This document shows, one piece after another, positions 41,701 through 56,700 of a DNA stretch of 64,000 nt (position 1 is the first letter of the stretch; each line of letters starts with the position of its first letter). The stretch is from Antedon mediterranea (lineage: Eukaryota > Animalia > Echinodermata). The notes under the pieces were generated by a model. It worked only from the letters and a program-made list of their open reading frames with translations. It ran no database searches and was not told the origin of the DNA. Where the stretch lies: positions 22,244,795 to 22,308,794 of the forward strand of contig NC_092670.1 of assembly GCF_964355755.1 (NCBI RefSeq). The letters are read 5' to 3'. A program made the translations under genes and the position numbers.

Positions 41701-44700
41701 ATCACTTTAAGGCTGGACATGAATCACCGTAATATGTACACCACTGACATTAAACCCTTATTTCTTGACTTTGTCATACCTTAAATACTTGTAAGGCTTG
41801 TAGACTCATTTCAAGTGCTTTATTGTACATATCTAGTCTCATCATCTGAACACCATAAGACATCAGCGACTGTGCAACACTTGGATGTTCATCACCAAAT
41901 GCATTGCGTCGAATGTCAACAGATCTAATATAAAAATGTACACAAAGATGCATAATGTTGTTTTGTATTTCTAAGTTGTCCCATATATAAGTAACACTAA
42001 ACATAATTTTTTGTTTCACTAAAGCCCTGTCTACACTATCCAATTTTATATGACAACAAAATGTAATGTGCCTACATATGGCCATGATGGCATTCTATCA
42101 CTACCATTTTTGGGCATATTACTACCATATTTGGGCATATTACTACCATATTTGGGCACATCACACTAGTTTGATAGTGTATACTAAGCTTTAGACTGCA
42201 ATGAGTGAAAGTATTTCTTTGTCAACAGTGTTTTGTTGACATTATACAGATAATTAAAATAACTTGCAGGATGGGTTAACAACGCAGGATGTGTGGCAAG
42301 GAATAGGCTTACGATTTAATGGGAAATAAATAGGTTTGGCCTTTGAGTCCATTATAAAAAAAATGTTCCACTTTCTAGTGAGAATCCAACCCTTTTAAGA
42401 ACCAAGAGACTGCTTTTTGTGGTAGGGAGTAATGTGTTGTGAGTACATTCTAGAATTTGACTATTATTACCTTTGAAAGATTTTACAGATTTCATCCACA
42501 TTTTTGTCAGGGAGGCGAACATAAGCCATGGCCAAGTTCAGAAGTGTTCCGCCAACATTTGGAGGCAAGCTTCCAAAATAGTACTCTTCATAAATCTGTA
42601 TAATTTCATATTACTAACATTAAATTAGAAAAGTATCTTTTAATATCAATTAAGTATCAATATTATTAGTTCTGATTTATTAATTATGAGCATGAGAAAG
42701 AAAAATGTATGTATAGCAATCCTCTCCATTTTTCTTATTAATGCCTGCTCCTCATGTATTTATTCTTTTCCATTTTGTTTCTTTTCTAAATCCAGAAAGG
42801 GTATTAATTCATCATAGAAATGTTGCTATATAGCGCATACACAACAAACAACGGTTAACTATAATATCAAGCATACCCAAGTTATGTCACTAACCTCAAG
42901 TGCCTTCTCAAGAAGTTTAGAGCCCTCTTCATATTGGCCCAATTGGGCCTGTATCTGGCCTAGATTGTTGTAGCTTTCAGCCACCAATACTTTGCTTCCA
43001 CCACTTTCTTTCTGTAGTTGTAGAGCCTTGGAGAAGAGCTCAAATGCCTATTGTAATAATATATAATATAGTATAAAAGATTTATCATTCATTAACAATG
43101 AACATTTTTCAATAACTGTAATGTATTTCTTTCAGAACCTTTTAAAGCCATCATATGATTCTTTTTTGTTTGAATGTTTATACACATGTTCGTTGACTCC
43201 TATATACTGTACGAGTGTAATCACCCGGGTCGAAAATAGTTACCTTTTGTTTTATGACGTGCCACGCAATTGTGCAGCTATTGAGTCTAACAGTCATTCT
43301 GCATGAGGTCATTATGAACGTGTGTATAATGACCTTTTTACTCGAGAAGTGTTGCATGATGAAAAGGTGGCTAATAATTACCCGGACAATAACCACCCAT
43401 AATGGGCTCTACCATTCTTAGAGTGGGGTGTGTGGGAAAGAACAAGACTTCATTTGATTTTAACTGTAGCTCTTAACATAGAATTACAGTAGGTTACATG
43501 GTAACATTCTCAACTTTACTTTATTTGCTTCTAGAAACACATGATGTACTCAAACCTGACATTACATTATTAGCATGATTTAATTATGCACACATAACTT
43601 TATTTATTTATTTATTCGGGCCAATGCCTATGTATAATAAATGGCTTAGGTAATACTCCTAGGAAATATAGATAGATAGACATTACTATTATTTACCTCC
43701 GCCAAGGAGGTATATGTAATCGGTAGCGTGTGTTTGTTTGTTTGTTAGCAGGATTACTCAAAAAGTAATTACAAGATCTTTACAAAAATGAATAGACAGA
43801 TAGATATGTGGTCAAGGACCATTCCATTAAATTTTGGGACCATTTGGGACCACAGTCTCAATTCTGGACCACTTTTTAGTATACTTTTTTAGACCTGCTA
43901 GTGTTAAAAGATAGGACAGAATTTTTCAAAAGCCGGCGAGCAGTCTTAAAGTAACAAGTAAACTGAAATTGCATTTTCTCGAGAACTACTTGTCCAAAAA
44001 ACTTCATTTTTTAACAAGAGGCAAGAGTTATAATGTGTGATTTGTAATTTTAAAACATAATTTGATTTAATGTGCACGTTTTTTGATGTGAGTAGTTTAA
44101 AAAACCTATTTCTTTTCAAATTCACTCATTTTGATTTTCGCGTTGCTGTTCTATTGTTAGTCAACTGAAGCTATTGTTAATTGAAAGGCTTGTTACATAA
44201 CCATTACACCAAACTCGCATACACATGCTTGTAATGAAATTAGCCTAAATCACAAACAGCATTAAGACACACACAAATATATATATTTTTTTTTTTACCG
44301 GAGAAATCTTATGTAGGAGAATTTTACAGTAGGCGGAGGTATGCACTCTCGGAGTGTCTTTCTAGTTACATCATGTTATACGCCTCCAATTCCATTTTTT
44401 CAAATAATATGTTTACCTCATTCAGTCTGCCTTGACGGTAGTCAATAAAGGCCAAGTTATTGAATGTTTCAGCAAGAGATGACATTCCAAGTTCTTTTAT
44501 ATACCTGTTAGAAAGTTATATTAAAGATAAATGATTAATAAATTATACCAAATGGTACACTGCTGTGTAGAATAGGACCTGACAAGGTCTCTGAAGCCAC
44601 TCAAAGAAAATTAAATACAATGCATGAGAACGGACATTGGCAAACGAGTGGTCTCAATTTGGAACAGCCTTCAGAAGAATATTATTTCTACTTACTTTTC

Positions 44701-47700
44701 TTTCAGCTCCAAGATACGGAGATGATACTTCTTAGCTAATTCAAATTTCTCATTACTGGCATAAGCACATGCTAACTTATTAGTGAACATACAGTAATCA
44801 CTTAAAACATCATCATTTTTATGCATGGTCTCTTCGTCATATAAATTATCCTATAGTTGAATAAAAAAAAGTCATTTTAAACTCGATTTTAATAAGGCAT
44901 CACCATACTGTAGCTTGTTGACTTGACCCCATGAGCTCTATGGCCCCTTGAGCTCTGGGGCAACTGACTCATAGCATTTACGTCACTGCTCTCATTGAGA
45001 AGACAGGAAAATAAGTTATTACTTACATGTAGTTGAAGTGCTCTCAGTAGAGGAACTTCAAGACAAGTTATATGGCCAGCTGACTCTAAGAAATCTGCTA
45101 CTGCATTCACAAATTCTAACAACTAAAAATAAATACATTTAAATACAATAACAGATTGTGTTGCACTATGCTCTTAATTGGATCCAGGTGGAACCTAAAC
45201 AACTAGAAGCGACAGCAGCAAATATGTATGAGAGGTGTGCGGCAACAAATAGAGACAAATTAAGATTTTCAGCTGCTAGGAAATGACATCTTTACTTATA
45301 ACCTTTTTACATCTGCATAAAAGCAGGTTTGATCTCCCAACTTATTACATGTTTTTACACGTAAACCTTGTGAAATCTCGGAAGAATTTCCAGAAAATTG
45401 TCTTCACAATATGCAAACCTAATTACAATTTGTTGTACTTTTTGCAGCTGTGAAAAGGGTATTATTTGTAGTCACACTCAAAGTTTGTGTTGTTTTAATG
45501 TTGCTAAAATTAATTAAAAAAAAAATAATAATAATAATGGCACTACAGCCTTTGGCTTATGGAGCCATAATGACAATTTAATCAATGAATCAAAGAAAAA
45601 CTGTAGCATTGAAATGTCAAACATTAGTTGTGTACCTTCACTTACCAGTTTAGCTGGGGGACTATCAGAGCCAATGTCAAGGTTATCAAGGTAGAGTAGA
45701 ACAGATTGTTCATTGACAACTTCCATGTATAACTTCATCATTTCTTCACCAATTACATCAATAGAATTCCAGTAGCTGATGAGATCATAAGAACTTTCAT
45801 CTCCTCTGAAAAAAGTACTTCAATTAATCTTTATTCATACAAATAGATCAGGGTTTCTTTAGTCACATGAATAACCAACTTTTTAGGCTGAATCAACAGA
45901 TTCAAGGCTTGTATCCTTTATCCGTACAAATAGATCAGGGTTTGTTTAGTCACATGAACAAGAAACTTTTTACGCTGAATCAACAGATTCAAAGCTTGTA
46001 TCCTTTATCCATACAAATAGATCGGGGTTTGTTTAGTCACATGAACAAGAAACTTTTTACGCTGAATCAACAGATTCAAAGCTTGTATCCTTTATCCATA
46101 CAAATAGATCGGGGTTTGTTTAGTCACATGAATAAGAAACTTTTTACGCTGAATCAACAGATTCAAAGCTTGTATCCTTTATCCGTACAAATAGATCGGG
46201 GTTTGTTTAGTCACATGAACAAGAAACTTTTTACACTGAATCAACAGATTCAAAGCTTGTATCCTTTATCCGTACAAATAGATCGGGGTTTGTTTAGTCA
46301 CATGAACAAGAAACTTTTTACGCTGAATCAACAGATTCAAAGCTTGTATCCTTTATCCGTACAAATAGATCGGGGTTTGTTTAGTCACATGAACAAGAAA
46401 CTTTTTACACTGAATCAACAGATTCAAAGCTTGTATCCTTTATCCGTACAAATAGATCGGGGTTTGTTTAGTCACATGAACAAGAAACTTTTTACACTGA
46501 ATCAACAGATTCAAAGCTTGTATCCTTTATCCGTACAAATAGATCGGGGTTTGTTTAGTCACATGAACAAGAAACTTTTTACGCTGAATCAACAGATTCA
46601 AAGCTTGTATCCTTTATCCGTACAAATAGATCGGGTTTTTTTAATCACATGAACAAGAAACTTTTTACACTGAATCAACAGATTCAAGGCTTGTATCCTT
46701 TATCCGTACAAATAGATCGGGTTTTTTTAATCACATGAATAAGAAACTTTTTACGCTGAATCAACAGATTCAAAGCTTGTATCCTTTATCCATACAAATA
46801 GATCGGGTTTTTTTAATCACATGAATAAGAAACTTTTTACGCTGAATCAACAGATTCAAAGCTTGTATCCTTTATCCATACAAATAGATCGGGTTTTTTT
46901 AATCACATGAATAAGAAACTTTTTACGCTGGATCAACAGATTCAAAGCTTGTATCGTCAGATTTTATAGGGCTTTTTTATTCACAAAAAAAATCATCATG
47001 AGCTAGACTAGCTAGGTCTATTACTTCTGCTGTTGGTCTCTCTTTTGAAAAGGGATCTTTAGGCTTGCCATTACAACGCACCACTCTAAGCCCTTTTCTA
47101 CTTCTCCACTGAGGCTTCTGATTCAAAACCTTTTCTCATTAATGGTCATTACAATTCAAATTATTTGTTTATTAAGTGTTATAATATATTATTATGTATT
47201 ATTATATATTCTCTAACCTCTGAAGTGTGTAAAAGACAGCAGGATGTAGAAGACATTTCTGAAGATCCTTCACTTTGCTAGGAGATGACATCAACAGCCA
47301 TGGCAGCTCTTGCAAAATTCTGACAGGGACTGTACTGTTATACTTAAGGCTTATTTTCTAAGAATTAAACAAATATGCATCCACAGTACAACCTAACCCA
47401 ACCTTATAGTAACAATTACGAGATGATAACTAAACTTAAACTCTATCACATCAGGAAGCCTTCAATTTGCAACGATCTACAACCAATGTGTGTTATGTTA
47501 ATCCACCTCGACAGAGTATTGATGATTTATAGGTCCAGGCAACGACCGACAACACATCAATTGACCTGACCCATAGGTCGTCAGAAATCGAAAGCTCCCT
47601 ATTATGAAGCTTGGGCAGGATGCTACTTTCGCTACAAGAAAAATACTGGTACCATGCCATGCTTTCAATTTGGGATGGTTATTTATGTAAAAGATTAATC

Positions 47701-50700
47701 TACACTTACATATGCCTGGTATACACTGTTCAGTATATTATCAGGACTTTATTTTGTCATTTAACATTCTTCCTTCATCTACCATCCCAGAACAAAAGCA
47801 TTCGAATGTTACGCACATTTAAAAATGGATGGTAGACAAAGGATGAATGTGGATACTAAAAAACAATACAGTATATAAGTCTGTAAGTCATAAAATCATC
47901 ATTATTAGTACAGTAAGCACAAATTAAATAATTTTACTAAAGCAGCAGTAAATAAATTAATGTATTAAAGTAATATGGGAAATTAAAAAAGAGAGCTGAA
48001 TACTACTGCACAAAAGCATTTTAGCAATATTAAGAATCACAGAGCCAAATAAATACTTCCAAATATGAGCATAAAACTGGGGTGATATAGTAATAAAGTT
48101 GTTTAATGGTGATGGTATATATAGGCGTTTGATGGTGATTTAGTATGTGTTTGTAGGTGATATAGTATGTAAAGCTGTTTGAAGGCAATTTAGTAATATA
48201 AAAGCATTTGAGGGTGATAGCACGGTGATAGTAAATAAAGGCATTTGAGGGTGGATGGTAAATAAAGCCGTTTTCAGGCAATTTATTAAATAAAGCCGTT
48301 TCAGGGTGATGGCATGGTGATAGTAAATATAGGCATTCTAGGGTGGATAGTAAATAAAGCCGTTTAAAGGTAATATAGTAAATAAACCGTTTGAGGGTGA
48401 TAGCATGGTGATAGTAAATGACATGTATTTGAGGGTGGATAGTAAATAGAGCCGTTTGAAGGCAATATAGTAAATTGAGCCGTTTGAGGGTGATAGCATG
48501 GTGATAGAAAATAAAGGCATTTGAGGGTGGATAGTTAAATAAAGCTGTTTGAAGGCAATATAGTAAATATTAGCCGTTTGAAGGCAATATAGGATTTTTA
48601 GGGTGATATCATAAATAAAGCAGTTTTAAGGTGACATAATATTAAAATTAAAGTCATTTGAAGCCAACAGTAAATAAAGGTTATTTAGGTAGGTGGATAT
48701 AGAAAATAAAGGCATTTGAAGGTGGATAGTAAATAAAGCCGTTTGAAGGCAATATAGTAAATAAAGCCGTTTGAGGGTGATAGCATGGTGATAGTAAATA
48801 AAGGCATTTGAGGGTGGATAGTAAATAAACTGTTTGAAGGCAATATAGTAAATAAAGCCGTTTGAGAGTGATAGTAAATAAAGGCATTTGAGGGCAATAT
48901 AATAAATTAAAGTCATTTGAAGCCAACAATAAAAAAGGTTTTCAGGTAGGTGGATATAGAAAATAAAGGCATTTGAGGGTGGATGGTAAATAAAGCCGTT
49001 AGAAGGCAATATAGTAAATAAAGGCGTTTGAAGGTGATATCATAAATAAAGCAGTTTGAGGGTGATATCATAAATAAAGCAGTTTGAGGGTGATATCCTA
49101 AATAAAGCAGTTTGAGGGTGATATCATAAATAAAGCAGTTTGAGGGTGATATCATAAATAAAGCAGTTTGAGGGTGATAAAATAAATAAAGCAGTTTGAG
49201 GGTGATATCATAAATAAAGCAGTTTGAGGGTGATATCATAAATAAAGCAGTTTGAGGGTGATATCATAAATAAAGCAGTTTGAGGGTGATATCAAAGCAG
49301 TTTGAGGGTGATATCATAAATAAAGCAGTTTGAGGGTGATATCATAAATAAAGCAGTTTGAGGGTGATATCATAAATAAAGCAGTTTGAGGGTGATATCA
49401 TAAATAAAGCAGTTTGAGGGTGATATCATATTTAAAGTCATTTGAAGCCAACAGTAAATAAAGGTTTTTAGGTAGATGAATATAGAAAATAAAGGCATTT
49501 GAGGGTGGATGGTAAATAAAGCCAATTGAAGGCAATATAGTAAATAAAGGCGTTTGAGGGTGATATCATAAATAAAGCAGTTTGAGGGTGATAAAATAAT
49601 TTAAAGTCATTTGAAGCCAACAGTAAATAAAGGTTATTTAGGTAGGTGTATATAGAAAATAAAGGCATTTGAAGGTGGATAGTAAATAAAGCCGTTTGAA
49701 GGCAATATAGTAAATAAAGCCGTTTGAAGGCAATAATAGTAAATAAAACCGTTTGAGGGTGATATCATAAATAAAGCCGTTTGAGGGTGATATCATGGGT
49801 GATAGTAAATAAAGACATTTGAGAGTGATATAGTAAATATAGATGTTTGAAAGCGATATAGTAAAAAAGATGAGATGATAGTAGAAAAATTGAGTACAAA
49901 TATACTGTACATCACTAGAAAATAACTCAACTTCCATATATTTTATTGGAGGATGAACTGTTTACAAAAGATAAACAAAGTTTACTTAGAGCCATATATT
50001 GATTTAAACGAAATGAATTTCAGGTGTAAGTTGTGATATAGCGAGAGAAAGCAATGCTAGAAGACATGCTTGCAAGCAAAGACTATTACTAATTGCGAAC
50101 TATGCGGTGATAATTTTAACATTTCTGGCATACATTAAGAGTATCAGTAAAGTAATCAATTAGCTTTTGTAGATGTTTGTGTCCATCTGTGCCCCGACAA
50201 TATCGGGTCTCAACAGCAGAAGTTAGCTCAGGGTAGGCAAACCTTAAATACAAAAATGACGAATTATGCAGATGGATTTAAATGTCGTTAGCTCTCATAA
50301 ATACATGTAGTTAGCTTAACTAAGTTTTTCGCATCAAACGTGTTTAGTTATCGCCTTTCTTATGTTGCTATTTTTGATAGGCATCAACATTCATAATAAA
50401 TCTGGCTAGCGTCAGCATGCATTTTCATTTTTTTTAAAGCCAAATCGCTGCCGTCTAGAACCTAGACTAATTACACCTGAGCTTAGAAAACCAATACTTT
50501 ACAATTCCTGGCTGTAGTCGGCAAACTCGTTCTCATGAGCTACCACAGAACGTTTCATACCTTCTGATGACAATACAAATACATTTATTTCATTAATATC
50601 ACATAATCTACTGTATGATACTAGTATGAACAGAATGCTGAAATATGGTCTCAAGTAACCAGGAAGGTGTGCGTGTATGGGACCCCACATTACTAAATAC

Positions 50701-53700
50701 AGCATAATTAGTTTTATGTATACTTCTACAATAAAGACAAAATATTAAAAAAAATTAATAAATAAAAATAATTTTAGCATAGAAGTTACGAATTACAACA
50801 TCTTATTAAAATATATAATATTATATATATTATTATATTAATAATATGCATACTAATCAATTTACAGTACAACTCCTATTAAGTAGACATCTTTGATACC
50901 CAACAAATTGAGTTTCCCCTGAATACTGTAGTTAAGCATTCAATTTGGATGTTGCAATGGGAAACAATCTGACTTGCTTATTAATGTAACATAACAAATA
51001 TAACATACTGTACCTGTAAAGACCAGAACTTTCTATCAAAAAGAATTCAATAGCAAAGAACACCTGTAACCATTCCTGATCATTCACATCTGCGATTGTC
51101 TTTATTTCATTCTCAGAAATACCATCATGTGACGCCCAAATACAAGACATAATCTATCAGCAAAACATTAAAAATATTAATTAATTGAAGGCTTCCAGCA
51201 CTTGCTTTTTGCACCATAGTAGTTTCTTACGGTTTCGCAGTCTGTCGATCAGATAAATTTGAAATTGTTTGCTCTGAAAAATCAATACTTACTTACTATA
51301 ATATTAATACTACATTCTTTACATAATATATTGACATAAAAATACATGAAATTACTAGGGTCACGTCATGTCAGGTGAGCTAACTACTGTATGACACTCA
51401 ATCTCCCCTCTGTCCAGGACAGGGATTGGCTTTGTACAGTATGTCTCAAGACTACCAACCACTCCTGTTGTTGAGCTATTGGTAGTGCGAAGCCTACAAA
51501 CAGTAGTATCTCTTGTAAACAAACTAACATCTTTTGTAAACATTTTTCATTTAAATAAAGTAAAACATTACCTCTTTAACAACATTCCTGCTTGAATTGT
51601 AATCTCTTTCCAACCTCTGGAGAACTTTCTGAAAAAGACTTGTTGTGCTAAAGAAGCAACATAGAGTTTAAAATATCTAATGCTTTCATAAGGAATTGAA
51701 TGTTGAAGGTTAAGCCATGGTTTAAATTAGCACTCACGATTTTGAATGTGGGAGTAGTGTAGTTAAAGCAGTTATACCCAGGTGGGTCTTCCGTTGCGCA
51801 ACAGGCCTACTGCATTGCACAACAATTTCAATTGGTTCACAAAATGTTGAACATGCAATAGAATTTCTATCACAGAATTTTAGGTAATTATGTATAGCAT
51901 GTGATAAAAACTCAACCAACCAAATAGCAAAAGATACAATTCATGAATATTTGTACTTACTCATTAGCTTCTAATAAGCTGTTAATGTAATCGTCCAATT
52001 CAAAAAAGCTTCCAAAACTACAAAGTTCCTAAAAAAGAAATAAAGATGTATGGATATAAAAAAAAAACTTCAAAACACTCTATATTACACTTCATTAGTG
52101 TAGATCTACAAGATAAGCCTTGTTTTAGAAAATGCATGGAGGAATGTAACACACATTCTCAAACAGACCATGGAGGCAAAATACTTCTATGAAGAGACTA
52201 CATACTTTTATCTTATGCCAATTTTATCGTATGCAAATGAGATAAACAATGACCAATGAAGCATTAAAAAGCAGTGTTGGAAACAAAAGTTAGTTTATAC
52301 ATTATAATTCCTAGCGAGTGAACTAGGTTGATAATGAAGAGTTTATAATTAACTAAATAGTGAACTCCGAAGTAATCAGAGCTCCAGAAGTTTAATTATC
52401 ATCTCCAAGTCCTCTTCAACAATAAATTAACTGTATAACTTTAAAATTTAAATAGCTTTTTGTCTAACCTGTAGCAATATCATTAAGTAAAGAGGATTTG
52501 AAGTCTGTTCCTTCTCTATGACCTTTGGCTCTTGAACTGATGATAGCTCTTTACCTCTGACCTTCAACATTGCCCTGGTAACATCCTTTCTCAACAGGCT
52601 GCTAAGAGGTGATATGGTTATGCTGTTAAACTTCCTATTCTCAACTAATTCTGAAATGCTATCGACATCAGCAGTTACAGTTGAAACAATGTAATGTACA
52701 CCAACTGGTGGATCACTTGGTAGCCAATACAGAATCTAAAAGTAAAATTAATCTATTTGAAAATAAAATTATATTATTTAGTAAATAGTAAGATATGGAT
52801 AATTTTATATCACAGTGGAAGTGTGATTTAAGACAAATATACTGTACCTGTATTGTGTATAGTTGAATTGGACTTTATATGTTTAAATTCAATGCAAACA
52901 CCTTACTGAATTAATTTCCAAAGAATTCAAAGGCATATATAAATACTAGGAAGTAACAAATTTGATTGTATATTGATAAAAAAAACATCCCCACCCCCTC
53001 CTAACAATGGTACAGTCTATAATGGGTTGTTATTGTCTGATTCCTGTTTATACACCAGAACAGGTTTATGGAAGTATGGAAGGGTTATTTTTCTTTCCTC
53101 CATGTCATGATGGAACTACAACAGTATCTAATGTGAATACCAAATATAAAAAGATTTAAGCTAATTTTCCAATAGGCGAATTTATTGCGCATGCATATTG
53201 AAATTTTACTTTAATCTACTTTTTGTGACGTGAAAAAAAAGCGCAACCAATCAGAACTCTTGAATGTTCGATTTGCACGAATACATTTGCAAATGGAAAA
53301 CAGACGTTAGGATTAATACTTTTGCCGTTTTTCCTCCTTTCTCTATTTTATTCAAAGCATCTATGATGACAACCAAATGCTTCTTCTTAGCAACAACCTT
53401 TGACATCAACAACTGCATATTTCTTTTCAGTTCTTGTACTCCCATATCTGATTTGAGTGTTGAGTCTTCCTCAAGAAGGTACTCAAGTTCCATGCATATT
53501 CTTTGCAACAAATTCCGCTCATCTAAATAATAAACAATTTTAAGACAATTAAAACCATAACTATTTTGTAGAAGTTATAGTTACTGACACTGACCTACTT
53601 ATTTTTTCCACCATTAGCTTGAGATACTAGAAAAGAAACTTTGCTTTTGGTGTTTTCAAAGTTACCCTAAATATACCAATATTTGTACTAGAGACTAAAC

Positions 53701-56700
53701 TACAGGTTTAAACTACAACCTGTTTTCAAGTTATTTTATAGAATTCTATAAATAGACCGATTTTAAAATATAAAGTTAAATTTCATTCTACTCAACAGTG
53801 GAGATGCGCTGTCTCATGTTTAATAGAATAAATGATTATATAAAACATCCCTACCTGTACTTTTACTTGTTGCAGTAACAAAATGATAAACCATTTCTGA
53901 TTTTGGAAACTTCTGCTGAAATGAGGTTAAGAAGTTGCTAAGAAGGCAAGTTTTTCCACTTCCTATAAAGAACAAGAACAAAATGAATCTTTTTAGTAGA
54001 AAGGTTGGATTAATCACAATTTTTGAACAGGTCTGGTTAGTGAATGGAACATTCGATCAATATTGTGTCTATGCACCCCTGTTTCTTAAATGGAATAACT
54101 ACTAAAAAACTGGTACTAAACTAGGTTTTATTCGTAAGAAGTTTTGTAATGTCAGCTACTGTACCCTTACCAGGTAAACCAGTAACTAACATGTGTCTCT
54201 GTGTACTTTTGGGTGAGACACAGCTGTATATCTGTTCATAGTACTGATCAGCTCCATGGCATTTGCCACCCATTCCAAGATGTCCTAGATAGTAAGCATC
54301 GTGTCTGGATAACTCCTCCTCTCGGGAGGTTAATGTTTTGTTGTGAGCTAGCAGGTGGTCTTTGAGGTAGTTGTGAACAGTCTCGTACATCAAACGAGCT
54401 CCTTCAGCCGGCGTTTGGTAATTTGGGTACAGAGCCAAAACCTAGAGACAAGTGTGTCACACTAGAATTAGGCTGATCTGAATCACACCATAGATGCGTA
54501 CAACAGTTTTATGACTTGTATTTGTTGACATACAACAAAATAATACAGATATGAAGCATAAAATTTAATTAGAAATAGAGATGAAAGAGCATGTAAACAT
54601 AGAGTTCAACAAATAGTAATTAGTTACATTGTCTTTTGTTTCAGCTACTCTTTCTTTCAATGCATCCAACATCACATCTGCTTTAGGACCATCGCAAAAT
54701 GCTGTAAATTTTCTGGCATTTCTTTCATCCCCCTTTTTTTCAAATTTCAGTCTTTGAGATTCATCATATGCCTTTAAAAAATGAAATCAGCAGAATTTAG
54801 GAAGATAATAAAGTAGGGGATTTATTTAGAGTAAGACAAAACATCCTTTTAAAGGTAGACCATGCAGTGCAAGACAATCCTGCCTGTCGTCCTGCAATAG
54901 TAACATCTTGCACAATACAAAACCACCATGTGCACTGCAAACCCACCATGTGCAATACAAAACCACCATGTGCACTGCAAACCCACCATGTGCAATACAA
55001 AACCACAATGTGCACTGCAAAACCACCATGTGCAATACAAAACCACCATGTGCACTGCAAACCCATCATGTGCAATGCAAAACCACCATGTGCACTGCAA
55101 AACCACCATGTGCAATACAAAACCACCATGTGCAATACAAACCCACCATGTGCACTGCAAAACCACCATGTGCACTGCAAAACCACTATGTGCACTGCAA
55201 AACCACCATGTGCAATACAAAACCACCATGTGCAATACAAAACCACCATGTGCATTGCAAAACCACCATGTGCAATACAAAACCACTATGTGCACTACAC
55301 CCACCATGTGCAATACAAACCCACCATGTGCACTGCAAAATCACCATGTGCAATACAAACCCACCATGTGCACTGCAAAACCACCATGTGCAATACAAAA
55401 CCACCATGTGCACTGTAAAACCACCATGTGCACTGTAAAACCACCATGTGCACTGTAAAACCACCATGTGCACTGCAAAACCACCATGTGCAATACAAAA
55501 CCACCATGTGCAATACAAAACCACCATGTGCACTGCAAAACCACCATGTGCAATACAAACCCACCATGTGCAATACAAACCCACCATGTGCACTGCAAAA
55601 CCACCATATGCACTGCAAAACCACCATGTGCAATACAAAACCACCATGTGCAATACAAAACCACCATGTGCACTGTAAAACCACCATGTGCACTGCAAAA
55701 CTACCATGTGCAATACAAAACCACCATGTGCAATACAAAACCACCATGTGCACTGCAAAACCACCATGTGCAATACAAACCCACCATGTGCAATACAAAC
55801 CCACCATGTGCACTGCAAAACCACCATGTGCACTGCAAAACCACCATGTGCAATACAAAACCACCATGTGCAATACAAAACCACCATGTGCACTGCAAAA
55901 CCACCATGTGAAATACAAAACCACCATGTGCAATACAAACCCACCATGTGCACTGCAAACCACCATGTGCACTGCAAACCCATAATGTGCACTGCAAACC
56001 CACCATGTGCACTGTAAACCCACCATGTGCAATACAAACCCACCATGTGCAATACAAAATCACTATGTGCACTACAAACCCATAATGTGCACTGCAAAAC
56101 CACCATGTGCCCTGCAAAACCACCATGTGCAATACAAACCCACCATGTGCACTGCGAAACCACCATGTGCAATACAAAACCACCATGTGCAATGCAAAAC
56201 CACCATGTGCACTGCAAAACCACCATGTGCAATACAAAACCACCATGTGCAATACAAAACCACCATGTGCACTGCAAAACCACCATGTGCAATACAAAAC
56301 CAGCATGTGCAATACAAACCCACCATGTGCACTGCAAAACCACCATGTGCAATACAAAACCACCATGTGCACTGCAAAACCACCATGTGCACTGCAAACC
56401 CACCATGTGCACTGCAAAACCACTATGTGCACTACAAACCCACCATGTGCACTGCAAAACCACCATGTGCAATGCAAAACCACGCTGTGCAATGCAAAAC
56501 CACCAAGTGCAATACAAGACTGTGCAAAATGCGACATCTTACCATCATGTGTAATAGTGCACCTACCTTGTCCCGAAAGAAGAAGCAAGCAGGTCTTGCT
56601 CCAGGCTTGTTAAGATGACCATGCAAAAATTCCAGTTCAGTGACCGAACGGTCTCTATACGAGTTCAGCCATGGATAGTTTGGCAGTGCAAAATCAAAAG

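Noticed and set aside
45867-46652. 261-aa repeat ORF
   Set aside because: 87-bp intronic minisatellite antisense to the host gene; later units break the frame.
54797-56618. Cys/His-rich ORFs in all six frames
   Set aside because: Translation of a largely stop-free 20-bp minisatellite inside an intron of the DUF4062 gene.
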